A DNA stretch of 64,000 bases, from positions 147,164 through 211,163 of the forward strand of contig DDSV01000034.1 in the NCBI GenBank assembly GCA_002344215.1. Reading direction: 5' to 3'. The notes under the pieces were generated by a model. It ran no database searches, was not told the origin of the DNA, and saw only the letters and a list, made by a program, of their open reading frames with translations. Made by a program: the position numbers and the translations under genes. Source of the stretch: Akkermansiaceae bacterium UBA2381. GTDB taxonomy: Bacteria; Verrucomicrobiota; Verrucomicrobiia; Verrucomicrobiales; DEV007. The first letter of the stretch is position 1. Each line of letters begins with the position of its first letter. Shown here one piece after another: positions 9,122 through 17,992 of the stretch.

Positions 9122-10717
9122 TCAGCGTAGGCCGAACTTCTGGAACATCGTCGCATCGTGCCCGTAGATGTCCTTGTCGAAGCGGACGCGACGATCACCC
9201 ATGATGGTACAAGTCCAGTAATTGAGGTAGACCGACATCGTTTTGGCGAGTTTTTCGCGGCGGTCGCTGAGAGAAGGGTCGTCCATTGTGGCTCGAATCG
9301 ACTGAAGGGTCCATCCGGGGTTGTGGCGGAGGAGGATCATGGCGAGCTCCTCCGGACGGGCGACACGGACGCAACCGGAGCTGTAATCGCGATCCGCACG
9401 ACCGAAGAGTTCAGGGTGGTTGGTGTCATGGAGATAAACCGCCGAGTCATTGGGGAAGATGAACTTGATCAGCCCAAGGGAGTTATCCGGGCCGCTTCCC
9501 TGACGCATGAGAAGACCTCCGGAGGCCACTTTGTTCAGGTTGTCGACCGTGTTGGGCAGAACCGTGGACGAGCCATAGGCCGAGACGATCTGATAGTTGT
9601 GAGCCCGCATGTATCCTTCCGGGCCTTCAGGAGCAGAGAGAGCAGAGGGAATGAGTTTCCGTTTGGCGATTGAGGTGGGTACGTTCCAGGTAGGGCGGAA
9701 ATAGATGTCCTGGACTTTTCCATGGAAGACCGGGGTTTCACTGATTCCCTTCACCCCGACAATGACTGGCATGACGGAGATCTCACGCTGGTTTTCGTAA
9801 ACCCGGAGGGCGTTTTCGGCGATGTTAACCTCGATGTGCTCCGGGTCCTCCCAACTGCGCGGCATCCAGCGAAGCCGGTCGATGTTGATGATGATCTGAT
9901 TCACCCGATAGGAGGTGTCCGTGTTGAGCTCATCCAGCGTTTCGGTCCCGATAAATCCGTCCGGTTCAATCCCGTGGCGGAACTGGAATGACTTGATCGC
10001 TTCTCCGGTGCGCTGATCGATCATTCCTTTTTTGCTGCGCGCGGTTCCTCCGGGAAGGTCACCTTCGGCCTGGAGCCGCGAGGTGAGCAGGGTGAGTTCG
10101 GGGTATTTTGTCCCCGGTCCGGCCGGTTGAGCGGTGGCGGGCAGGTCGCGCCATCCGCCAAGGGCGCTGATTTCGCGATAGCGTTTCAGGGTTTTCACCA
10201 ATTCGGCATAGCGGGAGTCTTGAGGTGGGGCCACTTCAAGCAGAAAGCTGGCGAATTGTGATGCGGGTCGTTGCAGTGCCTGGTCAAGAAACTGGTAGGA
10301 GGTGACTTGCCGTGGCATGTTGGACCACTTCGGGTGCACCTGAGCGGGATCAACAAAGCCATAAGCGACCGATTGGATTGCATAGAGGGCGAGCTGGGTG
10401 GTGCCGACTTCGACGGCGGCCCTGGCTGCCGGATCCGGGTTCGGAGACCTCCACTGGGCGTCCCAGGCGCTGAGTTGAAACAATTCGGCGGACAGGCCGT
10501 GGTTGTTCAATGCCTGAATAAACTGCGATAGTGCGCCTAGGTATTCACCACTCCAGACCGGCGCGTTGTTTCTGGCCGCGTACCAACCTGCAATCCCGCT
10601 GCCTGACTTTGCAGCCTGCGCGCGGATTGAGTTGGCATCCTGCGCGACTCCATTGCCTGAATGAGAGACAAGGAAAAAGAGGAATAGGGAAGCAAAAAGA
10701 TGACGCCGTGAAGACAT
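9122..10717 (-). CDS. Murein L,D-transpeptidase, YcbB/LdtD-like (scaffold + PG-binding + YkuD)
   Basis: Signal peptide from ATG 10717. PG-binding AIKSFQFRHGIEPDG. Catalytic VYLHDT...SSGCVRV intact. Confidence 0.9.
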   Translation of the reverse strand: MSSRRHLFASLFLFFLVSHSGNGVAQDANSIRAQAAKSGSGIAGWYAARNNAPVWSGEYLGALSQFIQALNNHGLSAELFQLSAWDAQWRSPNPDPAARAAVEVGTTQLALYAIQSVAYGFVDPAQVHPKWSNMPRQVTSYQFLDQALQRPASQFASFLLEVAPPQDSRYAELVKTLKRYREISALGGWRDLPATAQPAGPGTKYPELTLLTSRLQAEGDLPGGTARSKKGMIDQRTGEAIKSFQFRHGIEPDGFIGTETLDELNTDTSYRVNQIIINIDRLRWMPRSWEDPEHIEVNIAENALRVYENQREISVMPVIVGVKGISETPVFHGKVQDIYFRPTWNVPTSIAKRKLIPSALSAPEGPEGYMRAHNYQIVSAYGSSTVLPNTVDNLNKVASGGLLMRQGSGPDNSLGLIKFIFPNDSAVYLHDTNHPELFGRADRDYSSGCVRVARPEELAMILLRHNPGWTLQSIRATMDDPSLSDRREKLAKTMSVYLNYWTCTIMGDRRVRFDKDIYGHDATMFQKFGLR

Positions 10718-11002
10718 GAATCGAGTATTAATACTTCTTAAGTTTCCCCATAATTGGGTTTTGTTCAAATAATCAATGGATATTCGTTCCCATGAGACGG
10801 GAAGGGCATCGGGACCTGTCTTTCCATCAGACGAACCGACAAACCGGCTCATGACGTGTTTTCTTAAAAGACGGGATAGACAGAGCGGGCGGTTCGGGCA
10901 ATTCTCCTTGATGCGGCCGCTGGTGGTTTCTCCGGCAAGCTCCTTGTCGGGGATCATTGTTCCGGCAAGGTCCAAGTGTGACGAGGTATTGCGAAAAAGC
11001 TG

Positions 11003-11251
11003 ATGAGAGCGGGCCAGGACGATCTTTACGCTGAACTTGAGAGAGCGCCGGAGGACTGGTCCGTTCGGATCCGGCTGATCGAGGCGGCGGCAGCAGCAGG
11101 GGACCTGACTGAAGCGAAACGTCTCGTGCGAAGCTCCCCGGACGATGGGAGATATCTGCCGGCGGAGTTGCAGGATAGAATTCACAGTCTCATCCTTCAG
11201 GCCATGCAGAGTGGAAATCCCTTTTCCAATCTTCCGCAGGCGGAGCAGTAA
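11003..11251 (+). CDS. Small helical (TPR-like) hypothetical protein
   Basis: 82 aa, LERAPEDWSVRIRLIEAAAAAGDLTEAKRL resembles one TPR unit. Fills an otherwise empty gap. Confidence 0.45.
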   Translation: MRAGQDDLYAELERAPEDWSVRIRLIEAAAAAGDLTEAKRLVRSSPDDGRYLPAELQDRIHSLILQAMQSGNPFSNLPQAEQ

Positions 11252-11380
11252 CCGTTGGCTTTGGGCGCGGAGTCGGACTTCGAGACCTCTCTTGTATTTC
11301 GCCGGGATGGCGCTTTGATGCCGCATGATTCTTTTCCCACCTCCGCTTTTTCGGCGGGTTTCAAGCCTTGGTCCCTCGAA

Positions 11381-12574
11381 ATGAACGGCGCTCTCAAACC
11401 TGATCACACGGGAGAGCCCCAATTAAGGTGCTTCGCCGCCGCCCTGCTTGTCATACTGCTGATGCTGACTAGCTGTGCGCAAGTCACTCGGAATGATTCG
11501 CTTGCGAAGGCTGCCCCTCCAGGAGGCCTGCTTGGCGAGGTTCGGGAGATAACCCGCAATGAAGGTCTTACCGCCGCACGGGAACATCTTGTCGCCGGTT
11601 TGGAGAGACTGGATGCTTCCGGAGGAGAACTGGAGAAGCGGGTCGTGCGCACGACGCGTGATCCCGATCTGGTCTTGTCCGACGCCCTCGCGGCAATGCC
11701 GCTTTCCGCCCGGCGGCGAACCGCCATCGCCATTGTTCCCGGTACGAGAGCTGGATCCAAAGCCAAAGGGGATCGCACGGTTGAATGCCTGAAAGGGGCC
11801 GCCGAGATGAGCCGCGAGATGGGTTTTTCGACTTACTTTCTCGATACCGAAGCCCGGGGGACCGTTGAGGAAAACGCGGATCGCGTCGCTCTTCAGCTGA
11901 GTGAAGTTTTTGAAAAGTCAGACCGGGTCATTCTCCTGATGCTTTCGAAAGGGGCGCATGATGTGATTCGGTATCTACAAGAGGGGGGCTCTTCACTCCC
12001 GGCCGCCCACAGGGAAAAGCTAGCCGTGGTTCTCTCGCTTGCCGGCACTGTTCAGGGATCGGTCGTGGCGGAATGGATGGCCTATTCTTCGCGGCCTCTT
12101 GCCGTTACGACACGGGGGTTCCTTCGCCTTTCAGGGCAGGACGAGGCCATTGCCATGTTACGGTCAGTCGGCACGAATCCGTGGCATCCCGAGGATATGG
12201 CGGAGATGCCGGATCGATATCCCAATCTCACCTGGATCAGCATCGCGATGGTGCCGGATGGTCCGGATGGCCGCATCACTGAAAAGCTGTGGGCTCCCTA
12301 TATTCGAAAGAGGATTGAAAAGACCGCTCCCATTTACAGCCCCAATGACGGCCTCGTCGAAACCGCGGCATCGGTCTTGCCGGAGTCGGTCGCCCTTCGA
12401 CAGTGGGTCGTGCCCGGACTGGGGTCTCATGCGATGCCCAATGGAACCTACCGGAACGGTGTCAGAATTGCGCCCCGGACGACAGAGATCGGAGAGGAGG
12501 ACCTGAAGCCGGAGACGGGCGGCGAGGTCATTAGTGCCTATCTTCGCGCCATGCCGCGGACATTGATTGATTGA
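11381..12574 (+). CDS. Putative lipoprotein, alpha/beta-hydrolase-like
   Basis: Lipobox LTSC after hydrophobic stretch. Elbow-like LLMLSKGAHD, SLAGTVQGS, NDGLV, GSH. Confidence 0.65.
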   Translation: MNGALKPDHTGEPQLRCFAAALLVILLMLTSCAQVTRNDSLAKAAPPGGLLGEVREITRNEGLTAAREHLVAGLERLDASGGELEKRVVRTTRDPDLVLSDALAAMPLSARRRTAIAIVPGTRAGSKAKGDRTVECLKGAAEMSREMGFSTYFLDTEARGTVEENADRVALQLSEVFEKSDRVILLMLSKGAHDVIRYLQEGGSSLPAAHREKLAVVLSLAGTVQGSVVAEWMAYSSRPLAVTTRGFLRLSGQDEAIAMLRSVGTNPWHPEDMAEMPDRYPNLTWISIAMVPDGPDGRITEKLWAPYIRKRIEKTAPIYSPNDGLVETAASVLPESVALRQWVVPGLGSHAMPNGTYRNGVRIAPRTTEIGEEDLKPETGGEVISAYLRAMPRTLID

Positions 12575-12593
12575 GTCGGGGCCGCCACACAAC

Positions 12594-13136
12594 CTATTCT
12601 TGCAGACTCGGGACCGGCCGGGAAGGGAAGGGTTCAAAGTCCGAAGGAACCCCGGGAAAGTTTTCTTCGCGGAATTTGTCCCACACCTTCCGGGTATGCT
12701 CTGAGAGAATCTCCTGCATTGCCTCCATGCAATCGATACACATGAGGGCGCTGTCCATCATCCGGTCTCCCTGACAAACTCCCACAATTCCGAATTCATC
12801 ATCCCGGACTTCGCCTCTTGTCCGTACGCAAAGGGCGCACTCTTCAAATCCTGACACATTGCGGAAGTGTTTTGTCTGGAACTCCGCTAGCCGTTGTTTT
12901 GATTCCTCCGACGCCTCGTCGAGCATTCTAGTCAGGCAGGGCATACACAGGGCATACTCCATGACGACCTCTCCGCGTTTGAAGTTTTTCGAGATCCTGT
13001 AGCCTTCGGTAAAGTCAGCAAGAGACTCCCCGCAGCGGGTGCACGAGACGAAGGGTCTTTCTTCGTAGAAAGAATAAAGGACGTCGGGGATGGGGTCCCC
13101 TCCGGGAGCAGAGGGGTCTGGTCCGGGATTGCTCAT
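12594..13136 (-). CDS. Cys-rich hypothetical protein with four CxxC motifs (putative double Zn finger)
   Basis: CTRC, CMPC, CALC, CIDC. Confidence 0.75.
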   Translation of the reverse strand: MSNPGPDPSAPGGDPIPDVLYSFYEERPFVSCTRCGESLADFTEGYRISKNFKRGEVVMEYALCMPCLTRMLDEASEESKQRLAEFQTKHFRNVSGFEECALCVRTRGEVRDDEFGIVGVCQGDRMMDSALMCIDCMEAMQEILSEHTRKVWDKFREENFPGVPSDFEPFPSRPVPSLQE

Positions 13137-13162
13137 GTTGAACTTGCCCAAATTATCTGAAA

Positions 13163-14374
13163 TCAGGACGGTTTCGTCCAGCCTTCATTCCAGATAATAT
13201 GGGTGCCGCTCTTCCCGGGAACGGCGATATCGGGGAAGCCATTGCCGTCGAGATCGTTGACGCGGATCTGGAGACCAATGCCCGGACCCTCGCCCGTGGG
13301 AGTGTCGCTGATCAGCTCTTTGGTCCAGGAGAGTGTCTCCTTGTTCCAATCGTAATATTGCACCGTGATGGGGTCGTTCGCCCCGGGATCCTTGCCGGAG
13401 TGTGCATAGTAGCGTTTACCGGTGATCAACTCGGGTTGTCCGTCGCCGTCAATGTCCTCCCAGGCAAGGGCGTGCGCCTGCGAGAACTTGTCGTCGATGA
13501 GATGCTGGCGCCAGGTGGTGCTTCCATCGGATTGGGGTTCCAGCTGCTGCATCCAGTAGAGGCCGTAGTTGTGCCCATTGCCGTAGATGATGTCATTGCG
13601 TCCATCGCCATTGAGATCGAGGATGAGGGCGGGGCAGCTTGCATGCGGGAGGACGAAGTCGGCATGCAGTGTCCATGGGCCCGAGTAGGGGCCTTCTTTC
13701 GGGCATTCATACCAGCCGTTACCGAAGAGGATATCCGTCTTTCCGTCGCCGTTGATGTCACCAAAGCCCATGCCGTGGCCGTTGCCGCTCGCGGCGACAA
13801 TGTGCTTCTCGGCTTTTACCTTCTTATCTTCACCCCGGACCAGGCGGAAGATTGCCATCTCGTTCGTCGCCACCCAGGAGTTGGTGATCCATTCCGGTGT
13901 TCCGTCTCCGTCGATGTCATGCATGAAAGCGGCCTCGTTCGCCTTGATGGTGGTGTCGACGAGAACATGGTCTTTCCATCCATCGGGCCCGTAATTGCCA
14001 GCCCCGGGATTTTCATACCACATCAGGTTCGGCTCGGTAAACGCGATCGTGACGACATCAAGATCGCCGTCTCCGTCCATGTCATGCAGGTGCTCGGAGC
14101 TGTTTTGCATGTAATCGACTCCAAAAGGCGAAATCTTACGAAGCGGCTGCGGTTTGAAGTCGGGCGCGGCATACCAGAACTCGCCCGAGGTGATGTCGAC
14201 TTTGCTGTCGCCATTGATGTCTCCTGTGGCGAGGCCTTCGTTGTTGTCCTTGTGCAACTGTTGCACCCGCCATTTCAATTTAGGGCCGTCCTTTTTCTGC
14301 CCCTTTTGCTGGGCCGTTAAAGAGATGGCTGCGGCGGTCAGGACAAGGACGGGGAGGAGTCGGGGGAGTTTCAT
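13163..14374 (-). CDS. Secreted FG-GAP/VCBS repeat protein
   Basis: Signal peptide MKLPRLL... Repeated DxNGDGxxD motifs (DINGDSKVD, DMDGDGDLD, DIDGDGTPE, DINGDGKTD, DLNGDGRND, DIDGDGQPE, DLDGNGFPD). Confidence 0.88.
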   Translation of the reverse strand: MKLPRLLPVLVLTAAAISLTAQQKGQKKDGPKLKWRVQQLHKDNNEGLATGDINGDSKVDITSGEFWYAAPDFKPQPLRKISPFGVDYMQNSSEHLHDMDGDGDLDVVTIAFTEPNLMWYENPGAGNYGPDGWKDHVLVDTTIKANEAAFMHDIDGDGTPEWITNSWVATNEMAIFRLVRGEDKKVKAEKHIVAASGNGHGMGFGDINGDGKTDILFGNGWYECPKEGPYSGPWTLHADFVLPHASCPALILDLNGDGRNDIIYGNGHNYGLYWMQQLEPQSDGSTTWRQHLIDDKFSQAHALAWEDIDGDGQPELITGKRYYAHSGKDPGANDPITVQYYDWNKETLSWTKELISDTPTGEGPGIGLQIRVNDLDGNGFPDIAVPGKSGTHIIWNEGWTKPS

Positions 14375-14401
14375 AGAATGGGTAAAGTAAGTAGAGGAAC
14401 T

Positions 14402-14439
14402 GTAGGGCAAGCGGAAGGCCGCCCCGCGCCCCGCTTGCC
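14402..14439 (+). repeat. GTAG-type REP-like palindrome
   Basis: GTAG + GGCAAGCGG ...16 nt... CCGCTTGCC (perfect 9-bp stem), intergenic. Confidence 0.5.
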
Positions 14440-14471
14440 GCAGGCACAAAGGGTAGGCAGTGGATAGTAAA

Positions 14472-17400
14472 TCAGAAATCCTTCACTGTGAGAAGGGCCG
14501 CTTTCGCGGCGTCATCGAGGACTTCAACCTTTACCAGGTCCAGACCGAATCCCTTGAGGCCGGCGAGAGTGAGGAGCTGCTTTCCGGGCTCCTTCACTTC
14601 GAAGGTCACCTCAGCAGCGGAACCCTCGTCCGGCAGGGGGATTTCCTGATCGCCGTGGAAGAACTCGATGTCGGCGAGTTTGCCGGTGATCTTGAGCCTC
14701 ACGGGGCCGGTTGCTTTGACCTCAAGGAAGGTGCGGAAAACCCCGAGACGGTTTTTACCGCGTCCTTCGACCTCAGGAAGTTCTCCGATGGGGACACCGC
14801 CGGAGACCGTCGCATAGGCGGGAATCCAGACGTAGTCCGAGACCGCCTCGGTGAAGATCTTGGAACCGTAGTGGCCAATGCGGTCGCGTGTTGAAGGGTG
14901 CGGCATCAGCGCCTGCCAGTGACGGACAAAGCGATTGGAGGGAGTTTTGAAGGCTCCGTCCTTTCCGAGTTCGGAGAGAAAGCGCACAAGGTGGATGAAT
15001 TCATCCTCGCGCAGTTGCGCGGTGAGACCGGGAGGCATCAGAGAGACCGGGCTGATGTTATTGCTCGCGATATCCGTTTTAGGAATGCGGTTCTCCTTGC
15101 CGACGGCATCCCGGATGACCAACTCGTTCGTGTCCTCGCGGGCGATCGCTCCGGCAAAAGAGTCTCCATTCTTCAGCGTCACCAGGGTCGTGTGATACCC
15201 TTCCTTGATCTTCTTGCTTGGCTCAAGCAGTGACTCGATGAGGTAGTCGACCGGAGCACTTGCCCCGATGCTAACCATGTCCGGACCGATAACCCCGCCG
15301 GCTCCGCCGATGGCATGACAAACGGTGCACTGGAGGGCGGCGCGACGATAGATCGTCTCACCTGCCAGCGGGTCACCCTGGGTGGCGACCTGCTTCATCA
15401 TTGCTTCCATTTCCTCGGCGGTCAGGGCCATTTTCATTGGCTTGAGATTGCCCGCTTTTTGAAGGGCGGCGACAAGTGCCTCAGGTTTGGTGGCGGCGCT
15501 GCTCGCCTTTTGAACTCCTGCGAGAGCGATACTCTGGGGAAGGGTGGATTCGTTCAGCGCGGTTGCCAGCGCGACAGGTCCCTGCTTGTTAGCGAGGAAG
15601 GCGTCGTAGATGCCGTGAAGATCCTTCCCATCGGGGGCGTCGGTTAGGACCGCCACGGCGAGTTTGGCGCCTTCGTTCGGATTCATCTTTGTGCGTCCGA
15701 TCACGGCGAGGGAGCGGAGCAGGAAGGCTGCGTCCGCCTTTCGGGCGAGTTCATCGAAAAGAGTCGCAGTCGCGGGGCCTCCCAGTGAAACGAGACCGTC
15801 GAGGGCGGCGCGGCCTTTGGCTTCGTTGGCCGGTGAGTCCAGGAAGGCCACTTTGAGACCATCGCGGGCCGATTCCAGTTTCCACAATCCGGCGAGAGAG
15901 GCCGCGCTCGTAAAGGTTGCGAGATCTCCCGACTCAAGGAAACGGGATAGGCGGGCCGTATCGCCTGAGGGTTGCAGTTTTCGGAGGGTCCCGGAACTGG
16001 CGAGGGCCTGGAGGATCGTGGTCTGATGGGCGGGTTTTGCCCCTTCCGCCAGTGCGAACTCGAGGAGGGTATTGAGATTTTCCGCCGAGCCGACTTTGGA
16101 GATCCAGTCAGCGACTCCCGCGACCTGGGCATCACCGGAGAGCTCCCCGGATCCGAGTGCACTCAGAATCTGCGGCACGGCGACGGCTTCATTCAAAGCC
16201 CGGACGGCAAACAAAAGTTGCGTCGTATTGGCAAAGGGATTTCCTTTTTCAGTCTCCGGTGTCCATCGGCTCGCGTGCTCGCGACAAATCGACCAGAGCG
16301 CGAAGTCGAGGAAGTCGTCCATTTCGACTCCTTCGAGAGCGCGAAGGGCGATCTTCACCGTATCCGGTGAGGAGAGTTGGGCAAGAACACTGACTGCCCA
16401 GAGGCGAACCTGGGGGTGCGGGTCGGAGATTGCCTTTTCAGCAATGGCGAGGGCGTCCGGGTTGGTGGCGGCGCTGTAGTAGATCGCCCGCAGGGCACCG
16501 GCGCGGGCCTTGGGATTGGGGGAATCGAGGAGCGCCTTTGCTCCGGCGGCATCGAACTGGTTCATCGCCTGGGTCGCCCACACTTTGCGCAGGGCAAAGA
16601 GATCAGCGTCGACTCCTGCGGGTGCGGTCGCTCCTTTGATTGCCGTCATGACTGCCTCCGGTTGCCGTGAACGAAGTTCGACCATCGCAGCCTGACGGGT
16701 CCAGCCTTCGGGGGCATTGCTGTGCTCGATCAGCTCCGCTTCGCTCGCCTTTACGAGATCCGGAGGAGTGACAAGGTCTTTGCCTTCAAAAGTGATACGC
16801 CAGATGCGACCATGAGCGTGGTCCCGCCGGGGATCACGGAAATCGACTTCGCCATGCTGAATGATGGGATTGTACCAGTCGGCCACGTAAACGGCACCGT
16901 CGGGTCCCATCTTGATATCGATAGGGCGAAAGGCACCATGAGTCGACGAGACGAGGTCATCGATCTGAGTTGAAGTGTAAGCACTGCCCTTGTCGCTCAG
17001 TTTGAATAGATTGATCCGGTTTCCACGGAAATCAGGGGCACCGAGAACTCCCTGAAGATGATCGGGGATATGACGACCGGTCAACGCCTCGACCCCGCAA
17101 TGTTTCGGCTGGCCCGGATTGAGACCGGAGAGGATTCGCGAAGCTCCAGGAGAGGTGAGAAAGACGCTGCGCGGAAAAACAAAATTGATCCCCTGGCCAC
17201 CGGCACCATCAGTCATGAAGCTCTGGCCCCAGTCATCAAAGACATGCCCCCAGGGATTGACGAGCCCTTTCATGAACACCTCGGCACTCCGTGTCTCGGG
17301 ACGGTAATGCCACATGCCGCCGCCGAGGAGACGGCGCACTCCGTAGGGAGTCTCGAGGTGAGTGTGGATGTAGATGGACTGATTCATCCAGATCATGCCT

Positions 17401-17924
17401 TCGGGCCCCCAGCGGAAGGTGTGAAGCAGGTGGTGGGTGTCCTCGGTTCCGAAACCGGAGAGGACGACCTTGCGTTCGTCGGCGACATTGTCACCGTCCG
17501 TGTCCCGGAGAAAGAGAACTTCGACCGAGTTCGCCACGTAGACCCCACCGTCTCCGGGCAGCACTGCCGTCGGGATGTGGAGATTGGTCGCAAAGTCGGT
17601 GTGCTTGTCCGCGACCCCGTCCCCGTCGGTGTCTTCGAGGATGACAAGTTTGTCCTGCTCCTCCTGCCCCGGTTGGATGTGGGGATAAAGCGGACTGCTC
17701 ACCACCCAGAGACGACCCTGCTGATCCCAGTTCATGTGGGTGGGGCTGGGCACCGCCGGCTCGTTCGCAAAGAGGTTGATCTTAGCTCCCTTAATCAGTT
17801 TGAAGGCCTTGAGTTGCGCCTCAACCGCCGTGTCCGGAATATCGCGCAGACCATTCTGCGCAGCGAGAGGCAAAAGACCGCCCAGAACAAGGGCGAAGAT
17901 AATGAGGGGAAGTTTCAGAGTCAT
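14472..17924 (-). CDS. PVC-type heme-binding CxxCH protein (membrane-bound dehydrogenase-like beta-propeller + HEAT repeats + cytochrome c)
   Basis: Signal peptide, WDQQGRLWV, DTDGDGVAD, GFGTEDTHH, FRPIDIKMGPDGAVYVADWY, HEAT-like repeats, CTVCH heme motif, GPDM...YLIESLLEPS. Confidence 0.92.
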   Translation of the reverse strand: MTLKLPLIIFALVLGGLLPLAAQNGLRDIPDTAVEAQLKAFKLIKGAKINLFANEPAVPSPTHMNWDQQGRLWVVSSPLYPHIQPGQEEQDKLVILEDTDGDGVADKHTDFATNLHIPTAVLPGDGGVYVANSVEVLFLRDTDGDNVADERKVVLSGFGTEDTHHLLHTFRWGPEGMIWMNQSIYIHTHLETPYGVRRLLGGGMWHYRPETRSAEVFMKGLVNPWGHVFDDWGQSFMTDGAGGQGINFVFPRSVFLTSPGASRILSGLNPGQPKHCGVEALTGRHIPDHLQGVLGAPDFRGNRINLFKLSDKGSAYTSTQIDDLVSSTHGAFRPIDIKMGPDGAVYVADWYNPIIQHGEVDFRDPRRDHAHGRIWRITFEGKDLVTPPDLVKASEAELIEHSNAPEGWTRQAAMVELRSRQPEAVMTAIKGATAPAGVDADLFALRKVWATQAMNQFDAAGAKALLDSPNPKARAGALRAIYYSAATNPDALAIAEKAISDPHPQVRLWAVSVLAQLSSPDTVKIALRALEGVEMDDFLDFALWSICREHASRWTPETEKGNPFANTTQLLFAVRALNEAVAVPQILSALGSGELSGDAQVAGVADWISKVGSAENLNTLLEFALAEGAKPAHQTTILQALASSGTLRKLQPSGDTARLSRFLESGDLATFTSAASLAGLWKLESARDGLKVAFLDSPANEAKGRAALDGLVSLGGPATATLFDELARKADAAFLLRSLAVIGRTKMNPNEGAKLAVAVLTDAPDGKDLHGIYDAFLANKQGPVALATALNESTLPQSIALAGVQKASSAATKPEALVAALQKAGNLKPMKMALTAEEMEAMMKQVATQGDPLAGETIYRRAALQCTVCHAIGGAGGVIGPDMVSIGASAPVDYLIESLLEPSKKIKEGYHTTLVTLKNGDSFAGAIAREDTNELVIRDAVGKENRIPKTDIASNNISPVSLMPPGLTAQLREDEFIHLVRFLSELGKDGAFKTPSNRFVRHWQALMPHPSTRDRIGHYGSKIFTEAVSDYVWIPAYATVSGGVPIGELPEVEGRGKNRLGVFRTFLEVKATGPVRLKITGKLADIEFFHGDQEIPLPDEGSAAEVTFEVKEPGKQLLTLAGLKGFGLDLVKVEVLDDAAKAALLTVKDF

Positions 17925-17944
17925 GAAAGAAATGAGTGGGCGAC

Positions 17945-17986
17945 AGTAAACAAAGAACGAAGCACGAAGAACCAGGAACGAAGAAC
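17945..17986. repeat. Degenerate heptamer tandem repeat, six units (consensus GAAGAAC)
   Basis: AGTAAAC AAAGAAC GAAGCAC GAAGAAC CAGGAAC GAAGAAC, intergenic. Confidence 0.65.
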
Positions 17987-17992
17987 AAAACC

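Noticed and set aside
10762-10775. TGTTC-AAAT-AATCA partial LexA-like box before the L,D-transpeptidase
   Set aside because: 8/10 match is at chance level for the amount of intergenic DNA, with no functional link to SOS
10718-11422. 235-aa N-terminal extension of the 766-aa L,D-transpeptidase ORF
   Set aside because: Non-protein-like composition, overlaps plus-strand ORFs, and a signal peptide starts at ATG 10717
13199-14320. Long antisense ORFs (also 2875-3645, 17058-18131, 32122-33204, 36577-37416, 50996-51988, 52987-54105)
   Set aside because: Shadow frames of well-supported genes caused by GC3 codon bias, with no motifs
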